Positions 11,229-26,560 of a DNA stretch of 64,000 nucleotides are shown here, piece by piece. Source of the stretch: the human T2T-CHM13v2.0 reference genome, Homo sapiens; assembly GCF_009914755.1 (NCBI RefSeq), contig NC_060926.1. One strand, given 5' to 3'. A program made the position numbers and the translations under genes. Under the pieces are notes generated by a model that was given only the letters and a program-made list of their open reading frames with translations, ran no database searches and had not been told where the DNA came from. How positions within the stretch are numbered: position 1 is the first letter of the stretch; each line of letters opens with the position of its first letter.

Positions 11229-12365
11229 CTATTTTACATCTCTCCCTAATATTTACATGGCATGTATTAAATGAACCTTTGTCAAGGATGTTAAGACTCA
11301 AAGCTTTGGAAGTCAGCACTCAGGCATACCAAAGTGACAGAAAAGTTCTTAGTGCCAGCTTCCAGTTCAGGGGGAAGAAAAGGCTTAGTATGCAAAAGGT
11401 ATTTCTGAATCCTTTAATAATTCAATCACAGTAATTAAATTTCTACTCTAATAGCTACAGTGAAGGAAAAAAAAAACAAGTTAACAATAAATATCAGGTG
11501 ATTAGAGAGCTGCACCATGAACCAAGAAGTATTTGATGGAAACTTGGATTACTTTCATTCCTCTTCTCCCGCCTCTGCAGGTGAACTGAAATGCTATTAT
11601 TTTCATTTAATTAAGCTTACTTGGCTGGACCCCAGAGAGGTGAAAACAATCACGCTTTTGTGCCCCTGTCAAACCCTATTGGCTTTCTACAGTGCAGCAG
11701 GGAGGATGGGGTGTGTTGCCAGTGCCACCCTCTCTAATGTGTGGTCACTCAGGATGACTCTTCCCTTTAATACAACAGTTGGCTTTTGTAGAACCATCCT
11801 CTGTGTGGATACAGCACAGCATCTGAACAGAGCTCCTTGGCCCGTTGCTGCTTCTGTTGGAGTGATAGCCACTTGAGATGATCATTTCTTCCTTATGAGT
11901 CACACAGTGCTCATGTAACCTGATGCTTTGCTCCATCAATCACAGAAAATCCCTTTTACTCTCTTGCTTCTGCCTCTCCCAGTCTCCTGCAGCTGCTCTC
12001 CTAAGGTCATTGATGACCTATGGAAAAATCCAAAGGGCTGATCTGTGCGGATGGCTGTTTGGGATGGAGATGCTCATGGGTTACAGGCACACCATCCACC
12101 AGGACCTCCAAACGTGCGTCTTACAAAGCTGTGCTCTCTCTGTCTCCCTGATCACTAATACTACTTTTTGTGTGAGTCTTCTCATTATTTAGTCATCAGC
12201 CACAGACTGTGTTGGTCGTCAGTGTTGGGTCTGTGATGTTTTCTTTCTCTCAGTATCTAATTCCATCTAGCTCTCATGATTTCTCAATCTCTGTCACTGT
12301 CAAAAGCCAGAAGAGAACAACATGGACTATTGGACTCAGAGCATGCTCTCTTTCTCTGTCACTCT

Positions 12366-12500
12366 GTAGATAGGTAGATGATAGATGATAAATAGATAGA
12401 AGACAGATAGATAGATAGATGATTGATAGACGACAGATTGATAGATAAATGATAGATGATATAGATAGATGATAGATCAATAAACAGACAGAAAGAGATT
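12366..12500. repeat. Degenerate (GATA)n microsatellite
   Basis: tagataggtagatgatagatgata... tract. Confidence 0.92.
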
Positions 12501-14535
12501 ATCCAGCAAACACATCAACCAGCACAAGATGATAGACAAACTCATTGTCTTTCCCCTCCCTCTGCTTACCCTCTGCATCCAGTCAACCAATGTCCAGATG
12601 ATTTTACTTTGGAAATGGCTCTTGGAATTAAAATTGTGAGCACTTTTAAACCACATTTATTGTTTTTTCTTCATGACAGTTGCCTTTACGTCCTCAATAA
12701 ATGCAGTATTTACTTCCATTTTTGCATGTGGAAAAGAGCAAACTTCATCAAGTTCACTAGCAAGGGCCTCTATCCAGTCTGCTTGGGTACCAGGGAGGAG
12801 GGTTGGCCCAAGCTTATTTACAATCTGATTGGCCCAAGCTTAATACTTCATTGGTACCATTTTGATGAGTGCTCAATGAAGGGATGTGCTTCTAAGGGCA
12901 GGCTTAGTGTCCCCTTCTCTGCCTGTCAGGGGCGGGTAAGCTCTGTGGGATTGGCCACCTTATGTTCAGGAGTAGAGAAGGCACAGCTGGTTTATATCCT
13001 CAGCCTAAGCTGCTTGCTTCAATCTAGCATTTACTGCAGAGTTCTAGAAACAGATGGAGGAGGATGTCCATCAGTGTTTGCCCAGCTTGATAAAGTAATA
13101 CCACCTGGTCCATATAGGGAAGTGATAAACCCAACACTCAACCTCTCACATAACCCAGAAGGAAATTCCACTAAACTCTTTGGCATCCAATATGGAACAT
13201 GAAGACGTGACCTCTAGGCTACAACGAGAAAACCCTAAGGAGAGAAGAGACCCAAATAAAAAGGTGCCAAGATAGGATGAAAGGACACTTCAGACAACAA
13301 AAAATAAAAGCGGAGAGTTTATTTCCTCCTCCTTCTCATCATCCCACTTTTACTTATTTTTCATATTTTTATTCTGGTCAAAAGTATCACAATTTTTGTG
13401 GAGTATCTAGCCCTTTATTTGCATACTGCAGAGCAAATTTTTCTCTCCAGAGAAACTGACATTTAAGAGAACTAAGAAATGACTGAGTTGATAACTTTTT
13501 AGTATTTTTTAATTAGGTAAAACATTCACATGGTATAACATTCATAAGGAACACCACCCTCCCTCACCCCCTCACCCTTGCCCCCACCATAACTCCTCTC
13601 CTTAAAGGTGACTGCATTCATTAATGTTTTGTGTTTCCTCCAGTAATTAATTATTCTTTTTCACAGAGCCATACCTTAGAATGCACTTAGGCATCTCCAG
13701 AATCCTAAGCAAAGGAGGCAAAGGGAGGGCCATATTGTTAGTTAATGTGGTCATGGGGAGTCTAGCAGAGCCAAAATATATCCGTGCCACACCAAGGTGA
13801 AGGACTCCAGAGAGAAACTACAAGCCTTATTGAGAAAGTAAGAAGCTACTAGACCTTTCCTGCTGTAGTTATGAATATCTTCATCCTGCAGCCCAGCCTT
13901 GCCCAGACCCTGAGCCCAGACAGACCTGCTCCCAAGAGCAGCTGGGCTCTGCAATTACCCTGCAGATAGAAGCTCCAGGTACATCCCTAGGGAGCCAGCC
14001 CCTGGGAACTTCAGCCGTGCACTGAGCACTCACCGTCCAGAAGACAGGTCTTCTGCTCCATCCTAGGCAGGCACCCTGACATCTGCCTAGCCATCTGGAA
14101 CCAGCCTTCCCATTGCCTGTGACTGTAGCTATAGCTGCTGGCCATGCAGCCCTAGTTCGTCCCATTTTGTTGGACTGGCTTAGACGGGAGAAAAAAGGCA
14201 AACTAAAACACGATAACTCCAGAAAGCAAAGCCAGCAGTTTTCCAGCCTATAATGGCTTAGACCGAAAAGAAAAAATAAAGAAAAGCAAAAGCAAAGAAA
14301 TGAGAATAAATTTGATTTTTGTCACAGAAGAAGCTTACCTGTCTTGAATTCTGGCTTATTGGTCTAGTATTTCTTAAATTCCAGCCTACTGTTCATGGAC
14401 CATGTCTTTGTTATGATTTTATCTAGCGCTAGGTGGGGAAAATAGTTAAAATAAAAACAATCCCAGTTTTTTCCTTGCCAAAAAAAGGTCAAATATAAAA
14501 ATTGGGTCTAGATTCTGGGCAGAATGATGATGCAA

Positions 14536-15177
14536 TGTATTAGTCAGGGTTCTCTACAGGGAGATATATATATATATATATACACACATATATATATATA
14601 CACATATATATATACACATATATATATATACACATATATATACACATATATATATACACATATATATATACACATATATATATACACACACACATACACA
14701 TATATAGAGATATCGAGATATAGACATCTATGTGTGTGTATATATATAGACATATATATATAGAGAGAGAGAGAGAGGGAGAGGAGTTTACTAAGTATTA
14801 ACTCACATGATCACAAGATCCCACAATAGGCCGCCTGCAAGCTGAGGAGCAAGGAGAGCCAGTCCAAGTCCCAAAACTGAAAAACTTGGAGTCTGATGTT
14901 CAAGGGCAGGATACATCCAGCATGGGAGAAAGATGTAGGCTGGGACGGTGGGAGGGTAGGCCAGCCCAGTCTTTTCACATTTTTCTGCCTGCTTTATATT
15001 CTAGCCTCGATGGCAGCTGATTAGATGGTGCTCACCCAGATTAAGGGTAGGTCTGCCTTTCCCAGCCCACCGACTCAAATGTTAATCTCCTTTGGCAACA
15101 CTCTCACAGAAACACCCAGGATTAATACTTTGCATCCTTCAATCCAATCAAGCTGATACTCAGTATTAACCATCACA
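14536..15177 (-). mobile_element. MLT2A-type (HERV-L) solo LTR
   Basis: Begins tgtattagtcagggttctct and ends cagtattaaccatcaca; internal gcaagctgaggagcaaggagagccagtcc matches the remembered MLT2A1/2 consensus. Confidence 0.85.
14563..14780. repeat. (TA)n/(CATATA)n/(GA)n compound microsatellite within the MLT2A LTR
   Basis: Directly visible. Confidence 0.95.
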
Positions 15178-18100
15178 TTAAAAAAAACAGGCTTAAATTC
15201 ACATGTCACTGTAGGGACACAGAGTTGGTGCCAGCAGGAAGCTTCCCTAGAAAGTTGTTCATACAAGCCAGGAACTGACATGCCCATCGCTAGCTATATT
15301 ATGAAGTAATCTGAGATACTTCCACGCAATCAAAAACTTCACAACTATTAAAAAGAATGAGATAAATTTTGTGTGTTGATATGGTTAAGAAGACCCAGAT
15401 ATTGTTAAGCAAAAAAAGCATGATACACAAATGCTTCCATCTCTATTAAAAAAAAATGCGTGTGTGTAAGATATATATATGAAATCCATGATAATTTCCC
15501 AAAAAGGTACACAAACAACTACTGGTATTGATTATCTGGACGATGGAACTGAGGAGGAATAGAAAGCAGCCTCATGTCTTACTGTAAATCTTTTTGTACT
15601 GTTTAATTTGTGTTCTCCATGCATGAAAGTATTATTTTCATAATAACAATGAAAAAAATGTAGTTAATGAATGCATGCACAAAAAGAAAAAATTCCTGCA
15701 ACCATATGCAGATTTAAGAAGCTCTAAACTTTGTACTGCTTTCTAGAAAGAATTAAAATAAGTACAAGTGTCCAGAGAGCGAATCAACACACCAGCGAAT
15801 GTCAGATATCCATAAATAAGTGATTTCATGTTCAGCAGCATGAGATCCATAAAGGTAGCCTTCAAGCATGACTGAGATGTGCGGCTGAGCATCCAGGGGC
15901 AAATTGATGGAGAGCATCGTTTTTCTCTAGAGCTGCTATCCTCCTTCCTCAAGGTCAGGCTGACAAGGTGAAATGAAACATTAACATTTAGAAGTGATTT
16001 CCCATGGAGGTGGAAGTGCAGAAGTTTAGCTCTTCTGAAACCTTTAACCTTCCTGGAAGGTGTTAATACTGCCAGTATCCCAAGTTCTCAGCAGGTTTTC
16101 AAATGATTTTTTCCAGGGCGGACCCTGAGATATAAAACAATGGACTGCAACAGGCCCAGGATACTGCAGATATTTTGTGCTGTTACTTAAGAATTAGAAT
16201 TCTTTCTTTCTGCTGTTTGTGCATGCAAATTATCTTTCCTAATGACATTTAATCTACCTATCATTAACACCTTATCACATGATAGGATTGGAAAACTAGT
16301 TTCCCAGCAGAGTTTCCACAGGTAGTGGAGAACTGGCTTTGCATAAGGGCTTTTCATACATTCTGTATTAGTCTGGGTAGAGCCAAGTGCAGCGATGTTG
16401 CATGAGGAGCAAGGAATGAGGCAGAGTTGAGTCTTTTACGTGTGGTGCATGGCTCATGGCTATCTAGGCAGAGTTTCCTGTGTACAAAATGACACCTTTC
16501 ATTTCAAAAGGACATATGTTATTTGTGTATCAGTCCTTATCAGCCCAAAATAGAACCGCCTTCTATTTTACTAAATGTGTACAATAGCTACAGACACTCT
16601 TCTCTCCTTCAAGCCTCAGTGCCTCTTGTTGAAGTAACATTTTCCTGAAGAAATCATTCTTCCAGACCATTTTTAATTTTTAATCAAATTCCTAATGAAA
16701 TTATGCAAGGGACCAGAAAGTGTAGAATAACACATTGTAATTCTGGAAACAATTGAGTACACCGGGGTAGTCAAACATGTCAGCATGACTGGTATTGATC
16801 TTGTCTGCACGCATCGAATTGATCTTTTGAGTTCTCCACAATAATTTCAGTAAACTCATTCCTTTCCTTTTTTCAGGGCATTGTAAAGACCCAAGCCAAA
16901 GAACTTAGTCACTGTGTTTGATTCACTCAGGTCCCAAATATAAAGTTATTTGTCTATTTTTTCCTTTCTAGAAACTTCTCTTATAATAAGCAATACATAG
17001 AATTGAAAATTTGAAAATATTGTAAAAATGTCAGAGGATTCTCCAAGGCATATATGCCTCATGTGATCTTATAATCAAGCTGATGATATCACCATTTCTT
17101 CTGATTTTTAAGATATTTTTCCACTTCTTCATTTTTGTTGAAGTAATTTTCCTGGTAAACACCTGCTGTATTTTAAAAAAAAAAAACTATTAAAAAAAAT
17201 GCTGTGTTTAGAGTGCCTGAAATGGTGCTGAGAAGTCAACACTGAAGGAAGGAGAACGGAAGTATCAATACAGGTTGCCAAGACGATTATTTCCACAGTT
17301 AATCCTGCTGCTTTAAGTGCACCGGGACTTCATTTTCTGCTCCTCAAGGTACTTGAAGTAAAGGAGCTCCCTTACTGGTTGCATGAATTACTGAGCATAA
17401 AATACTCATCCAGGATTATGGCTAAACTGTTCATCCTGTCCCCATATCCAAACAAAAAGCCTAAGGACTTTCAGATAGGTAAGTGATAGACAGACCAGTG
17501 TCATAGGCCATAACACACCCTTCTGCTGGGTGAGGCTGTAAAATCAGGACTGTTCATGTGATAGACACATGTGCTCTGGAGCCACATGTAATAGTCCATG
17601 TGTGTAACATAGGAAAGAGTTCGAGTATAATAAGGAAATGCATCAATCATCGTTTCAATGAGAAATACACTCTCTGGGTAAATGATTCCATATCATTCAT
17701 TTAAGACAGTTTGTGAACATACCTGTTGTGTCAGGTGATGGAATCATAAAACATAGTCCTAATGCTCAGTGTTTACAGACAACTGACAGATGCAGCCACA
17801 TCACAGGCAGGAGAAACAGAGTAGGGTAATCTGCTCCAAGGGATGGATGATCCCTGAGCAAGGATGGGGTGGGGTAGGGCTTGGGAGTAGGACGTAGGAG
17901 GGATGCTGAAGCAAATATTACCAAGGAAAGCTTCCATGAAGATGACTTCTAAGCAAGAAATACAATTAGCAGATATTTGGGTAAGCAAAATATCTTGTCA
18001 GCTCTTTGGTGTCTGTGATTCTGTCCCCATATCCACCCTAATGCACTGTGGTCTCCTGATGGTGATGGGGAAGAGGGTGTCATAAACTCACAAAAGAAAA

Positions 18101-19374
18101 CAAAGGAGCTTCGCTTATTCAGAAGGACTCTGGACAGTAGCTCTGGGTAGAGACAGACTACAGTATAACAGCACAGATGTGATCCAAAAGCATAACTGGG
18201 GGACAAGACCCCAGACTAGTCCAGGTGGCAACCAAATCAGAAGCTTTCTCTTAGACTCCCAAGGGTCTCTGTGTACCAACTTCAAGTGGGGGATTTTAAA
18301 AGGATACTTATAATCTCAAAAACATACTACTCACTGAAAAGGCCATCCGTGAGTATTTACTGCATCGAAGGATAATAGTGACAACAACACAAGAAGCTCC
18401 CATTAATACAGTGTATATTATATTAGTTAATTGATAACACTTCACAGTTACACTTAGCACTTTATATCTCAAAGATTTATTCTGATAATACAACTTTAAT
18501 GTTAAGTAGATGTATATTAAAAAACAATCCAGAAGAATTATGAGGCAAAGAAAATTTGCTGTAGTCTAGGTGATCTTAAGACATTTGCATATGACAATAG
18601 AGAAGGCATGAAGGTGCCTTCAAGCGTACTGCTGACCCTTCCAGGTAGACATATGAGGAAAACATTCCACCATCATTCCCTCAGCTTTGTAATCATAAAT
18701 AAAAATTTTCTTTGTTGTCTATTTACCAGATGTTGATTGAGCTTCCACTGTGTGTAGGGGATGCTCTTGGCCACAAAAGCACAAAGATTTATAAATCCTC
18801 TTAAAATATAGCCCCTATTCAAGTCTCAGCTGTCTCAACTCTCTCTCTCCTCATCTCTCTCTCCCTGTCTCTCTCTGTCTCCCTCTCTCTTTCGCTGTCT
18901 CTTTTAGATTTGTGTGGCCCTCTAGCTATTGTCCTACAGTTTTACTCCTTCCCTTCTCAGAGGGTCTCTGCTTCTCTCACAATGCAACTTTCTGTCTGCT
19001 CATATCTGTCATGCCCTTCCCCACTCTCTGAACCTGTGCTGGCAAAGGTCACCTCCTAATTGCTGCACAAACTGGACCTATTTTAGTCCTAATCATACTT
19101 ATTGCCTCAGTTGCATCTGGTGCTGTTAACCACATTCTTTTTTCACAAAACTCTCTCTGACTTGCCTTTCTTTGGCTTTCATTGTAGTCCTTGCTCCTAG
19201 CTCTCTTGTATATTTTGAGGTTCTCTCACAAAGTCCTTTTCTTCCATTTAACCCTGAACTGTGAGTGTTTTCTGAGCCCTCTGCTTGGCTCTTGTTCCAC
19301 ACCACACCTGCCTTCAAGGGACAGTTTTTTTGCTCCAGTGAATTCTTCTCCTCCTCCACAAGGAGGAGGTTTTT

Positions 19375-20570
<1,196 letters not shown>

Positions 20571-23298
20571 GTTTCCAGTGGATTCTTCTTCCCAGATATT
20601 TGCTTCTACTGTGCCTTGAACTATGTCCAAATCCCTGTTCAGTTTCCACTGGGTTGTCCCATGGACACCCCTAGACCATTCCAACTAATCTCACCATTGC
20701 CCCTACTGAGTCACTCTTCCTCCCCCATTCCTCTTCTTACCTCCTTCACTACCATTGACTCATTCTCACAGCCAGAACCCAGCAGAGAAGTGGGAGGCTG
20801 GTGAAGCCCTGCCACACGCCTTTTGATAGAATATCTAAGGACACAGCCTCCAGCTTTAGGAGAGAATAAGCCCATTTCTCTGCATTTGGTTGGGAATGAG
20901 CTTGATGGTCTCATCTGGGCCCATAGGTGGTGGGAGCCCTGCTGCCTCTTGGGCCAAGGAGACCACTCAGTAACTTTCCATGTCCTCTCCCCCCAGACAG
21001 CATCAAGGATGTCTGGCTGAGGTGAAGGATTCAGCCAGGTATGGCTGGACACTATGGGACCTTGGCCTTTAAGGTGGGTGTGGTAAGGGGAGTTTGGAGA
21101 AAATCCTGGCCCATCAGAAGTCCCCACTTTCTACCTACAATACCTGTAATAATAACTTCAATAAATAATAAAGTTAATAATAACTTTAACCCACAATACC
21201 TATAATAATAACTTCAATTTAAGGGTGCTATAGAATGACTAATTGTAATGTAATTTGAATGTGAACATTACAAAATTGGAAGTTAGTTGTTAACTAGAAC
21301 ATCACAGTTTATGGTAATGCACAAAATCAACTCCAAGTTGCCTAAATGATGGTAGAGAAGAATATTTCCAAAATATAAAACCTAGGTAGGGGACAAAGAT
21401 GGAACCCACAAAACATTACCTGTAATGCTCAGTAATAATTGTCCACTGCACAGAGGACAGAGGAGATGAACAGGGCCACCCCCCTGGGCTGAAGGGAAGA
21501 TGTGACTCCCTGAGCTAGGATGGCCAGTGTGAAGCAGGGAGCAGAAGACCAGCATTTGGACCATTGACCTGATCTACAAAGTTGCAATAGCTCAGTGAGC
21601 TCAGTGGATCCAATTAGGCGCATCCCAACCCACAAAGAATGATTTCCCAGACCCCTTTTTCTGGGGTTCCTGATGGCACACCCTCTCACCTGCCTGGGAA
21701 TCACTAGGGATGCTCGGGAGGATGTGGTCACCTGTGGTGCCATCCTGCCTGCATCTTGCCCAGCCCTAGGGAGTGGCAGCAGAGGCTACCCTGGTTCCAG
21801 CCCCTTGCACCGCCCTGGTTCCTAAGACAAGTGGAGGCACAGCCAGGGTGAGAAGGAGCAACAAACACCATTTGAAAGAGGTCTTGAACCCCCACTTTGT
21901 TCTTGGACCATCGTTAAAAAGCCTTGGGACAAAACTTTCTAATACAATTGGATAAATCTTAACCAGGATTTTTAGATTTAAGCTTAGCTAAAAAGGCCCA
22001 TTGGAAGCAAGTAGCCAGCCAGGGGAGTGAGTTATTAGCAGGGTGGCCACTGGGGTCCCAGGCTTCTGCTTTTACTTCCAGGCCTGATGGGTCATCCCAG
22101 CAGCCCCTGTTGAGTGTGTCCAGGCGGAGACACAGCTGCACACAGTGGGTTAGATGGACTTCCTGGACTAAAGCACAGCTGGAAAGTACCAGATGGTCCA
22201 GAGTCTAGCCCCATGATGTCTGGGTAACTAGGTAACGGCAATGGAGAAGCAGCAGAAATCAATGGAGAATAGTGTCTCGGCTACGTCGACCTGTAATTAC
22301 GGCACTGAGTCATTATTTAGGAAGCTTCCCTAAAGCCTTTCCCTGCTCAAAAACAGCACCAGTTGGTACTCAAGTACAGACTCTCGAATGAATAATATTT
22401 GTAATTTTTTGAGTGACATTTCATCAAAAAAATTTGTCCCTGAAAAATTCAAATATCTGTCACAACTAAATGCTCTATTCACTTACTTGGAAAACATAGA
22501 AGCGGGAAATGTTTTGTGTTTTATTGGTGACTCACACTTTTCTGGGAAGAGCGTTCAGCTTAGGTTTTCACAGCAATGCTCCTGGAGTCAGTGAGATATG
22601 GGCTCTAATTCCACTCAGCGATCTGATGTGGGGTGAGGGCCAGCCGCGCTAGCTGCAGTCTCCCCGTCTGTGACGTGGAGATAATCACAGTGCCTCACTC
22701 ATGAGGCTGCAGGGACAGCTGTTGGAGCCTGGGCATTTCAGGACTCAGCCCCATGCCTGGAGAAGAGCAAACACTCCACAATATCAGCTCTTGTCATTTT
22801 CTCTTGTCACATCAGGCCATATTGTTCATCTTAATTCTGTGCATGCTTATGTTGCATGTAAGTCCCTAAAATAACCCTTTACCAATGTGGCAGAGGTCAC
22901 TTTTCTGGCCTGTAATTATTTCAATAAATGATTATCTGCAGATTTATCTAAAAATATGTTTCCTGAGTCTATGAGAGAATAACGAGTTGTACTGTCCACT
23001 TTCGATGGGAGATTGAGCGTATTTATGGAGTCTATTTAATTCACGTTCCATAGATATGTGAAACTGGTGCATATTGGACATGTATATTCAAATGCCTTCT
23101 TTATGAGAGCCCTGGTTTTATCTACCGAAACCTGCAAAAGATCATCTACCTCTGAAGTCCTAAGTATAATTAAATGACTATAAAAATGATTGTTTTGTTA
23201 CAGTAGTTACCTTGCTTAGCAATTTAGTCAGTACCCCACAGGGGTAAAATGATGTGTTTCTTCTGCCTTTAACTTTTAAGGCAACATATGAAGTGAGA

Positions 23299-25395
23299 TG
23301 TGGTTATGGTGTGTGTGGTGTGGTGTGTAGTATGGAATGTGTGTGTGGTGTGTAGTACTGTATGTGTGTGGTGTGGGGGGGGTGAATGTGTGATGTGGTG
23401 TGTAGTATGGAATGTGTGTGTGGTGTGTAGTATGGTATGTGTGTGGTGTGTGGGGGGGTGAATGTGTGATGCAGTGTGTATGTGTGATGTGGTGTGATGT
23501 GTATGTGTGGTGTGGCATGTGCTGTGTGGTGTGGTGTGTTTGTGTTTGTGGTAGGTAGAGTGTGTGGCTAGGTGGGGGTTGTGTGTGGGCTAGGTAGTGT
23601 GTGCAGTGTGTGTGTGGTGTGGTGTGTGTGCGTGTGGTGTGTGTATGTGAGATGTGGTGTGTTTGTGTGTGTGGTGTGTTTCTGTGTGTGGTAGGTGGTG
23701 CATGTGATGTGTTTATAGTATGGTGTGTGTGTGGTGTAGTGTGTGTGGTGTGTGTGTAGTGTGGTGTGTGTGTGGTAGGTTGTGTACCGTGGTGTGTGCA
23801 TGTGGTGTGTGTGGTGTGGTGTATGTGTCTGTGATGTGGTGTGTATGTTTGTGATGTGTGTGTGGTGTAGTGTGTGTGGTGTGTGTGTAGTGTGGTGTGT
23901 GTGTGGTAGGTAGTGTGTGTGGTGTGTGTGTGGTGTGGTGTGTGTGTGGGGGGTGTGGTGTGTGTGTGTAGTGTGGTGTGTATTCAACCAATTCATAAGG
24001 ATGGTTGAATTCCAGGAAACAGTAATGTAATGCCATGCTCAGTGGTGTGTTTGTGTGTGTGGGGGTGGTGGTGTGCGTGTGTGTGTGGCGTAGTGTGTAT
24101 GTGTGTGTGGTAGGTTATGTGTGTGCATGTGGTGTATGCATGTGGTGAGTGTGCCATGCTCAGTGGTGTGTTTGTGTGAGTGTGGAGTGTGGTGTGTATG
24201 TGTGGTGCAGTGTATGTGGTGTGGTATGTACGTGTGTGTGGGGTATGTATGTGTGTGGGGGGTGTGTGTGTGTTGTGTGTGTGTAAGTTTGTGGTGTAGT
24301 GTATATGTGAGGGGGTGTGGTGTATGTGTGTGGTGTGTATGTGTGTGATGGGTGGTGTGTGTGGTGTGGTCTGTTTGTGTGTGTGGTAGGTAGTGTGTAT
24401 GGTGTGCATGTGGTGTGTGTGTGTGTGATGTGGTGTGTTTGTGTGTGTGGTAGGTGATGTGTGTGGTGTGTGTATGGTGTGGTGTCCGTGTGTGTGTGGT
24501 GTGGTGCAGTGTGTGCATGTGGCATGTGTGTGTGTGGTGTGGTGTGTATATGTGTGGTAGGTGGTGTGGGTGGTGTGTGTGTTTGTGGTGTGGTGTGTGG
24601 TGTGGTCTGTGTGGTGTAGTGTGTATGCATGTGGTAGGTGGTGTAGGTGGTGTGTGTGTGGTGTGGTATGTGGTGTGGTGTGTATGTGGGTGCTGTGTGT
24701 GGTGTGGTGTGTGTGTGGTGTGGTGTGTGTGTGGTGTGGTGTGTGTGTGGTGTAGTGTTTGTGTGTGGGTGGTGTGGTGTGTGGGGCTTAGTGTGTGTGA
24801 TGTGGTATATGTGTGTGGGGTGTGGTGTGTGTGTGAGGTAGTTTGTGTGGTGTGTGTGTGGTAGGTGCTGCGTGTGGTGTGTGTGTAGTGCGGTGTATGT
24901 GTGGTGTGTGTGGTGTGGTGTGTGTGGTGTAGTGTGTATGCGGTCTGTATGTGTGTAGTGTGGTGTGTGTGTGTGGTGTGGTATGTGAGGCGTGGTGTGT
25001 GTGATGTGGTGTATGTGTGTGGGGTGTGGTGTGTGTGATGTGTGTTTCTGTGTGTGGTAGGCGGTGGGTATGGTGTGTGTGTAGTGTGGTGTATGTGTGG
25101 TGTGTGGTGTAGTGTGTGTGTGGTGTGTGTGTGTGGTGTGGAGTGTGGGATGTGGTGTGTGTGATGTGTATGTGTGTGGGGTGTGGTATATGTGATGTGG
25201 TGTATTGTGTGGGGTGTGGTGTGTGTGTGTGTGTGGTGTGGGGTGTGTGATGTGGTGTGTGTGTGTGGTGTGGTGTATGTGTGGGTGCTGTGGTGTGTAT
25301 GTGTGTATATGGTGTGGTGTGCGGAGTGTGGTGTTTGTGATGGGGTGTATGTGTGGTGTGTAGGTGTGTGTGGTCCGTGTGTAAAGGGGTTGTGT
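23299..25395. repeat. ~2.1-kb degenerate (TG)n/(TGTGG)n low-complexity array
   Basis: Almost only G/T on the + strand, with internal higher-order duplications (e.g. a ~76-nt unit twice at ~23318-23471). Confidence 0.97.
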
Positions 25396-25586
25396 TGCTG
25401 AGTCAGGGATGGGCATCAGCTGCGCCCCACACCCTCAAGGCCCCGTCTGAGGGATTGGGGGCTGTGTTCCCAGTTCCTCCGGGCGGAGCTGCCTCACTGG
25501 GAAGTCCCATGCAGGCTCTACGGACTTTTCCTGAGTGTGTCTCATAGGCCCAAACTCCTGGCCAGGGGCCGAGGCAGCCGTGGCAT

Positions 25587-26111
25587 CGTGCAGAAGAGAG
25601 TTAGCACCACAGGCCTGAGGCCGCTGTCCTGTGCTTGCAAGATGGCCCTTGGCTGGTGTCTGGGACCTTCGGTTTGGGGAGGCTTCCCACCACTCCCCAA
25701 GCTGGTCAGAGGGCTCACTGTGCCTCCACGGTTTGTACGAACAATACGGTTTATGTTGAGTACCTGCTTTCCTTCTGGGAGTCTGGAATGTGAGTGTGTG
25801 CCAGGCAGAGGTGTCATGTGGCCAACCCAACAAAAACCCTGGGCACTGAGGCTCTAGTGAGCATGCCTGGTATAAAAGCTTGCACACATGTCACAGCTCA
25901 TTACCGGGGGAGTCGGGCACTTCCTGGGTGACTGCTGGGTGAGAACTCTGGAAGCTTGCACCTGGCTTCCTCTGGACTTCCTCCGTGAGCCTCTCCTTTC
26001 CCATGCTAATTGTGTTTTGCATCCTCTTGCTGTGAGTACGACTGTATGCTGAGTCCCGTGAGTCCTCCCAGCAAATCATCGGCCTGGGGGTGGTCCTGGG
26101 GACCCCTGACA
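25587..26111 (+). mobile_element. ERVL solo LTR (MER68/MER21-like)
   Basis: Starts (c)gtgcagaagagagttagca..caggcctgag and ends ggtcctggggacccctgaca; family assigned from memory. Confidence 0.7.
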
Positions 26112-26262
26112 TAACCATCTTCCTCGGAGATGTGTAGGGATGAAGCGAGGGACTCAAAGGCCAGTGAAAACCTCTCCAGTAGAATATCTCCTCATGCCAA
26201 GACCTCTTAGGCAATTCCTGGGTCTGAGTAGACTAGGTGTGATGATGAAAGACCCCTCATTC

Positions 26263-26560
<298 letters not shown>

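Noticed and set aside
12609-13202. 197-aa ORF
   Set aside because: Starts at TTG, has no recognisable motif, and its composition looks like random intergenic translation.
23276-25416. His/Thr/Pro-rich and Cys/Val-rich ORFs up to 418 aa
   Set aside because: Translations of the TG low-complexity array.
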